The notes under the pieces: generated by a model
What the model saw: only the letters and a program-made list of their open reading frames with translations
What the model was told of the DNA's origin: nothing
The model's database searches: none
In this document: positions 58,815-64,000 of the stretch, one piece after another
Layout of the letters: every line of letters starts with the position of its first letter
Numbering within the stretch: position 1 is the stretch's first letter
Sequence record: NC_106513.1
Reading direction: 5' to 3' (one strand)
DNA: 64,000 nucleotides
Source: Escherichia phage vB_EcoS_ESCO30
Position numbers and translations under genes: made by a program

Positions 58815-61575
58815 GTTCTGACAGTACTTCTTCTGCCATAGCCTTCTCTTCCTCTGTCATGAATTTGAAAGGAATCGGCATACACTCGATTTTACAATAG
58901 GTTCTGTACCAGTCTACTATATTTTCAGTGTTCATATCCTTACCAATACCCATCATACCAAGATACATTCTAGCATATTTTGGGTTAGCACTCTGACCTG
59001 TTTTAAGGAAGAAGTCTTTCTTCTTACCTTTCAGAGCTTCTATGAAGGGTTTAATGGTTACATTTGAACACTTCTTAATGTCTTCCCAGAACATCTCGTG
59101 CATCTTATGGAAGAATGCAGCTCGATCGTTCGGCTTATCTTTGATATATTGTTCAACATGCTCAACTGTTACATCTTTAATAGACTCAAGATGATAATAG
59201 CGAACAAGAAGTAGTTTAGCTTCATACGCATCCGCATGACGTGGAGCACAATAATCTGGAGTTGAATGCAGAATAGCTTTGATTCGCTCTTCTGTGTACT
59301 CTTTACCAGCACCTTCGATAGTTCCCCAGCTTTCACTGAAAATATCAATAGTTGCACCTTGATCAAGTAAGTAATAACGTAAAGTACTAGTATAGTTCCT
59401 AGATTCCAGCTCCCTGCGACGTGCGTATAATTGCTGTGCTAATTCCAGCCAGCCTTCATCAATATTATATTGTTCAGAACCTGCGGAGAATCCACTCGTA
59501 GATTTATCAATAAAATAATAGATGTTCTGGGCACCACGGTCGCGCCTGATTGCTTGGAAACGCATGTTCGGCGCTTGATTACTGGTTCTAGTAATAACAA
59601 ATACGTTATCAAAATAGTTGAAGTCAACGCCACTCGTTACGGATGGACTACATAATAAACAGTCAATCTGTTGGTCAATTAGCTCATTAGTTGTATAATC
59701 CAGAATACGTCGAATATCCACATCTGAGGTGGAGTTTGAATGGATTTCCTTAACTAACGCACCAGTATTACGACGTAGTGCCATACCCTTCTCATTCAGC
59801 TCATCAGGGCCACAATCAGATACCAGAATAGATTTCTCACCCATCTCTAGAGAAGTCTGAAGTGCAACCCAAATACTGGATTCATCAGGGAACTCATAAG
59901 CATGAGCTTTTGACAGCATCTTACGGTGATGATTATAGAATGCAACTGGTTTATCGAACTCAATCAAAGAACCATATGCTTCAATTGTTTCCGCACTAAT
60001 ATCACCATCGGATAGTATAATGATTTTTGCAGTTGCAAGAATATCCCGAAGAACCTGAATACACTCGCGACGTTGCTTAACAACCGGGGCGAATAATAGG
60101 TCATTCATTACTGCATCACATTCATCAATAAAGATTGCATCAATTTGACCAATAAAACTTTTGAACTTATGTAAAGAGTGAATAGTTGTGGACATACGAT
60201 CAATAGCACCACGCTTGAAATTAAGCATATCTACAGACTTATCATATTGTCCTGCACTAAATTTCTTGGCATTTGAAGATACCAGTGCTCTAGTATTTGT
60301 AATTGCTAAGAAATTACCTTTAATAACCCCTGAATCTAACCAACGCACAACCGCCGTGGTTTTACCTGTGCCTAGACTTGCTTTTACAAAAGTCATATGA
60401 CCTTCTGGTGGCACAGTGTTTAATTTCAAGAAATTATCTGTTTCTAGAGAGTTAGTTTCTAGCTTTTTAAGTGGAATACCTTTTAAAACATCAGGTATAT
60501 CACGTTTAGAATTATTAACAAATGCTTTCAGAGCCTGTTTTCGACCGTTATTAAAGTAATCTTGAATATTACGACTATTATCTTTAGTTGCAATATACTC
60601 AGATAAAGCTGGGCGGATCTCCTTCTCTAGCCAACCAAAATCTACACCATCCTCTAACGCTCGGTGATAGAGTTTAGGAATAATACGTAGATACACTCCA
60701 TCTTCAGCTTCTTCTAGTTCGCTGATAGTTTCCTCTACTTTATCAGAGGCAGCTTTTTTACCTTTAATTTGATCGAGTAAAGAGTAGAATTCCTCTTTAA
60801 ACTCTCCTCTAGTTGTTTCATAGTCAACTAGATTATTAGGTAAATTTACTTTTGAGCCTTTAACAAATACCAGACGTGAAGCACCATCCGCTTTAAACGG
60901 ATCAACTATACCATCAGTAAATAAAGGATCTGCAAAATAGTGGAGCTGTACTGAAGAGTAATAAGCTAAGTCGGCAATATCAAAACCATACTTTTGTCTA
61001 CTACTTTCGTTGATAGATGTAAATAAGAACTTGATCTGACCCTGTGTAACTTTAACATTAGATTCTAGTATTAAGTGCATTCGGATACCTGGTTTTAGTC
61101 CAGCCGAAGACGATGCATGAGCAATAAACCCTGCATCAAGAGGAAACATATCCTCACTAATACTATTCAACATCCTAATAATATGACGCGCCATGCCAAC
61201 AAGATCAAACTTGTTACAACCTCCTGTATCTACAATACCATCCACATCCATTGCGATTATATGACTTGGATTAGATACATTAAAGTTGCCCTTCTTACGT
61301 CGCACATTATTTTTAGGTGCAAGACATCGACCTCGTACCACAACGATATGAGGGTCAGACGTTAAACGTCTCATAAGAGGAAGCATTTCTACTAGGGTTT
61401 GAGGATCAACTTCATCAATTACATCAAACTTGAAGGGCATTGAAGCTGGTTTACCTTCAGGATGCTTTGAGGAAAATCTTTTAGCAAAAAGATAATCTTC
61501 TGCTTTAACTTCTCGCCAATTGCCTGTGGCTAAATCGCGATGAAATCCTGCATGACCTTGTAGGATTGAAAACAC
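58789..61575 (-). CDS. Large SF2-type helicase, replication-origin-binding-protein-like (about 929 aa)
   Basis: Walker A SLGTGKTTAV, DExD-like IFIDECD; start re-picked at GTG 61575 after AGGAG (track start is TTG). Confidence 0.65.
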   Translation of the reverse strand: MFSILQGHAGFHRDLATGNWREVKAEDYLFAKRFSSKHPEGKPASMPFKFDVIDEVDPQTLVEMLPLMRRLTSDPHIVVVRGRCLAPKNNVRRKKGNFNVSNPSHIIAMDVDGIVDTGGCNKFDLVGMARHIIRMLNSISEDMFPLDAGFIAHASSSAGLKPGIRMHLILESNVKVTQGQIKFLFTSINESSRQKYGFDIADLAYYSSVQLHYFADPLFTDGIVDPFKADGASRLVFVKGSKVNLPNNLVDYETTRGEFKEEFYSLLDQIKGKKAASDKVEETISELEEAEDGVYLRIIPKLYHRALEDGVDFGWLEKEIRPALSEYIATKDNSRNIQDYFNNGRKQALKAFVNNSKRDIPDVLKGIPLKKLETNSLETDNFLKLNTVPPEGHMTFVKASLGTGKTTAVVRWLDSGVIKGNFLAITNTRALVSSNAKKFSAGQYDKSVDMLNFKRGAIDRMSTTIHSLHKFKSFIGQIDAIFIDECDAVMNDLLFAPVVKQRRECIQVLRDILATAKIIILSDGDISAETIEAYGSLIEFDKPVAFYNHHRKMLSKAHAYEFPDESSIWVALQTSLEMGEKSILVSDCGPDELNEKGMALRRNTGALVKEIHSNSTSDVDIRRILDYTTNELIDQQIDCLLCSPSVTSGVDFNYFDNVFVITRTSNQAPNMRFQAIRRDRGAQNIYYFIDKSTSGFSAGSEQYNIDEGWLELAQQLYARRRELESRNYTSTLRYYLLDQGATIDIFSESWGTIEGAGKEYTEERIKAILHSTPDYCAPRHADAYEAKLLLVRYYHLESIKDVTVEHVEQYIKDKPNDRAAFFHKMHEMFWEDIKKCSNVTIKPFIEALKGKKKDFFLKTGQSANPKYARMYLGMMGIGKDMNTENIVDWYRTYCKIECMPIPFKFMTEEEKAMAEEVLSELGATNEDA

Positions 61576-62074
61576 AACAATACTCCTGTGTTGGAAATGA
61601 AATAAATTTTCTTTAGGACTATTCAGAAAGAATAGAACAACTGTTACTGTCAATTTCTCAACAAATTAATCGCAAATACTGAAGTGGGGTGGCAACTTCC
61701 ACTTTCACGCTACACTGCCGCTTCACTATACCGCACAAATCCTTGAGGATGGCCGCTAAGCCAGATTTGCTCACCTAATGCTTCATGTACTAGCTCATAC
61801 TAGATGTAGTATACCTTACGTCATCACTTCTCAGAGTTTTTCACTCTTCCCGTCTCACTTCACAACCACCTCACACTAGGTTGCTTCGAGGCCTTACCAG
61901 GGTTCCTACGGGATGTAGATCGCTAAGTATTCTATTAATTATTTGTTTAAAAACTAACACGTAACAGTTAAAACAACCCTTAATGGGGCAGCCTAACTGT
62001 TCCGTATCGCGGATTGTAAACAAGAAAAATTAGCAAAATCAATTTTTACTAATGTCTCTCAATTCAATATAAAT

Positions 62075-62103
62075 ATTATATCAAGATTTTGAGCATCGTG
62101 CAA
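62075..62103 (-). promoter_or_regulatory. Sigma70 promoter TTGCAC-17-TATAAT heading a roughly 500-nt leader
   Basis: Minus-strand reading. Confidence 0.55.
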
Positions 62104-62179
62104 GTAAATTTTTAAAGAGAATGCTATCATTGGTCTTGAGTACGGATAAAACCGAGCCAAAATGACTCGGTTACGTGGA

Positions 62180-62377
62180 TTAGACACTTAAAATACTTCT
62201 AATCTCTTCTATATACTTATCTACTTTTTTAGCATCTACTTTGCTTAGTTTTTCTATATCAAAATTAGGATCAGTAAACATTCTAGCTATCTCTATCTCT
62301 AGAGACTTACTAATTTTCCCTGTAGTATTCCACTTAGAAATCTTCCCTTTTATTTTCCAAAATTCCTTATTCATCAT
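62180..62377 (-). CDS. Hypothetical protein (65 aa)
   Basis: ORF only. Confidence 0.35.
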   Translation of the reverse strand: MMNKEFWKIKGKISKWNTTGKISKSLEIEIARMFTDPNFDIEKLSKVDAKKVDKYIEEIRSILSV

Positions 62378-62759
62378 TTAATCCCGGAACATAAATCCCA
62401 ACACGATTTAATTGTTCTTTAGCTTCTGCGAGAATATCTGGAGTGTACTCCCAAATATCATTTTCCACCTGTAAAAGATGGGGCGAACAACCGTCATCAG
62501 GCACACGACATATGGCCAAACCACGTGGATGGAACAAAGAGAAATTTAGTGCAACAATTAAACCCATAGCAGACAACTCATTCCAATCCAATTCCCATTC
62601 CCTAGCGTAGCCTGATAGGAAAACACCAATACAGGGATAGTCTATTTGCTGCTTCGGAAAAGTGAAGGAAGCTTGTCTTACCCCCAACCAACGTTGTAGC
62701 AGCTTCTCCGCACGCTTCACCAAACTAGGATCAATCTGACGCCAATATACTTGTTCCAT
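62367..62759 (-). CDS. Hypothetical protein (130 aa), paralog of 62769-63197
   Basis: Shares PCIG...W.EL...GL..ALN..LF.P...PGL pattern with neighbour. Confidence 0.45.
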   Translation of the reverse strand: MEQVYWRQIDPSLVKRAEKLLQRWLGVRQASFTFPKQQIDYPCIGVFLSGYAREWELDWNELSAMGLIVALNFSLFHPRGLAICRVPDDGCSPHLLQVENDIWEYTPDILAEAKEQLNRVGIYVPGLNDE

Positions 62760-62768
62760 TGTGCCCCC

Positions 62769-63197
62769 TTAGGCAGTTAAACCAGGAATCTGATAACCAA
62801 AACGACGAAGTTTCTGGATACCATCATTTACCTCTTCCGGCGAGTAAGACCAACCGTAGTGTTCATTAACTTGAAAGCCCGGAGATTCACTGGTTTTATA
62901 ATTAACAACAATACGGTGTTTATTGGGCATAAATAGCTTATAGTTTAATGCAAAAACCAATCCCATTTCATCCAGCTCTTTCCATCCGACAATCTCTTCA
63001 AGACCATCCTCTACCTGCACAATTAAACCAATACAGGGAGCCTCTTCAATCTCACCTTTAAAAGCAAAGGAGATTTCATTATTCTCACACCATATTTTCA
63101 GAGCATTAATAGCCTCGTTGTACAGGTTGGCTGGAAGAGTACGCCAAAAATTAACCAATATTGGGTTAGCTTCTTTAGAAAATACATTATTGAACAT
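62769..63197 (-). CDS. Hypothetical protein (142 aa), paralog of 62367-62759
   Basis: Tandem duplicate by motif comparison. Confidence 0.45.
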   Translation of the reverse strand: MFNNVFSKEANPILVNFWRTLPANLYNEAINALKIWCENNEISFAFKGEIEEAPCIGLIVQVEDGLEEIVGWKELDEMGLVFALNYKLFMPNKHRIVVNYKTSESPGFQVNEHYGWSYSPEEVNDGIQKLRRFGYQIPGLTA

Positions 63198-63199
63198 AT

Positions 63200-63706
63200 T
63201 TACACCTTAAATTGTTGTAGGGCTTTACACATTTCAAGATCTGGACTAAATTCTAACATATAGCTAACAGCTCTTAAATCTTGAAGATTTATTCCAGTCC
63301 TACCGTTGACTATAACCGTTGGATACTGATACATCATAGCACCCGCATCATCAAGCACACACCAATGTTTGAGCTTATGCTTTTCAACGAAACGAAGAAC
63401 AGAATTACCCCTAGATAATCCACCCCCAGTAAAATCCGTTGTACCAAGAAAACGATCGATAAGACCTAATCCGGTCATAATCTGAACGTTCTCCATCTCA
63501 TTTCTGACAGAGAACCAAGATGATACTCCAACAATCATTATCGGAGAAGGACGAATAAAGTCCTGAAAAGCCTTGAGAAGCGGTTTAAAAACCCAGTCAC
63601 TTCCAAAGAAAATCTTTTCATCATCAGGTGCATGGTGATGAGAGATGCTCGAGTTGAGTACCCCATCAATATCTAGAAAAATAATTGGAGTATTACTTAT
63701 TTCCAT
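63200..63706 (-). CDS. HAD-superfamily phosphatase-like protein (168 aa)
   Basis: N-terminal IIFLDIDGVLN (DxDGV) motif. Confidence 0.5.
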   Translation of the reverse strand: MEISNTPIIFLDIDGVLNSSISHHHAPDDEKIFFGSDWVFKPLLKAFQDFIRPSPIMIVGVSSWFSVRNEMENVQIMTGLGLIDRFLGTTDFTGGGLSRGNSVLRFVEKHKLKHWCVLDDAGAMMYQYPTVIVNGRTGINLQDLRAVSYMLEFSPDLEMCKALQQFKV

Positions 63707-63875
63707 TTTTGTCCCTTTCTAAGAACGTATCATACTCAACCGTATCAACATATATGACACCATAGTCATCAGATTTATAGTCCATTTCCCATAGCTCACA
63801 TCGATAACACCAACTACCATCCGCCCATACAAATATATCATCGGGATGTGTATATACAGATTTAACTATGGACAT
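63693..63875 (-). CDS. Hypothetical small protein (60 aa)
   Basis: ORF only. Confidence 0.3.
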   Translation of the reverse strand: MSIVKSVYTHPDDIFVWADGSWCYRCELWEMDYKSDDYGVIYVDTVEYDTFLERDKNGNK

Positions 63876-64000
63876 ATCTGTTTCCCCTCATCTCCGGTAC
63901 ATAAGGTCTACCCTCTAGATGGGCTTCTACACGAGCAATAAAATCAGGGTCACTGAAAGCATCTACCGCACCTTTACTCCAGTAAGGGATACCGCGTTCT
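63861..64000 (-). CDS. 3' end of a gene truncated by the window edge
   Basis: Open frame running into the window end, stop near 63861. Confidence 0.3.

Noticed and set aside
61576-61653. TTG-initiated N-terminal extension of the large helicase ORF
   Set aside because: Track start is TTG with no SD; a downstream GTG preceded by AGGAG is a better start, leaving the upstream region as leader.
61660-62040. Possibility that the ORF-free region is a group I intron or tRNA
   Set aside because: No recognisable conserved intron core elements or cloverleaf could be found by eye; kept only as an unexplained leader in findings.
1-64000. CRISPR arrays, tRNA or rRNA genes
   Set aside because: No regularly spaced repeat-spacer structure and no recognisable tRNA T-loop or acceptor features were seen; T5-type tRNA clusters would lie outside this window.

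Overview
This window reads as a T5-like siphophage genome (Demerecviridae, Tequintavirus-like), called from sequence and memory only, with no database search. Three blocks are visible. (1) Positions 1-10000 look like a pre-early, terminal-repeat-type region: dense direct and inverted repeats, five exact DnaA-box 9-mers in two inverted clusters, a minus-strand block of small genes, and plus-strand genes including two HNH endonucleases, an A1-like metallophosphatase nuclease and a HAD-type Dmp-like nucleotidase. (2) Positions 10100-38845 hold a small-membrane-peptide operon and an Llp-like lipoprotein on the minus strand, then a plus-strand late morphogenesis block from receptor-binding protein and terminase through capsid, tail tube, tape measure, baseplate proteins and an L-shaped tail fibre with a C-terminal intramolecular-chaperone domain. 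(3) Positions 38888-64000 are minus-strand early replication and repair genes (dUTPase, flap endonuclease, SbcCD-like nuclease, helicases, PolA-type polymerase, primase, split NAD-ligase), driven by a series of near-consensus sigma70 promoters, one of which matches my recollection of T5 P_N25. Seven putative homing-endonuclease-like genes (five HNH, two T5orf172-type) are scattered through the window. No tRNA, rRNA or CRISPR array was recognised. The most unusual items are the coupled tandem array of small membrane peptides beside llp, the inverted DnaA-box modules, a four-fold HTH-repeat protein with relatives elsewhere in the window, and a roughly 500 nt ORF-free purine-repeat leader. ORF-track starts can be TTG or GTG, so several starts were re-picked using Shine-Dalgarno context; coordinates read by eye may be off by a base or two.
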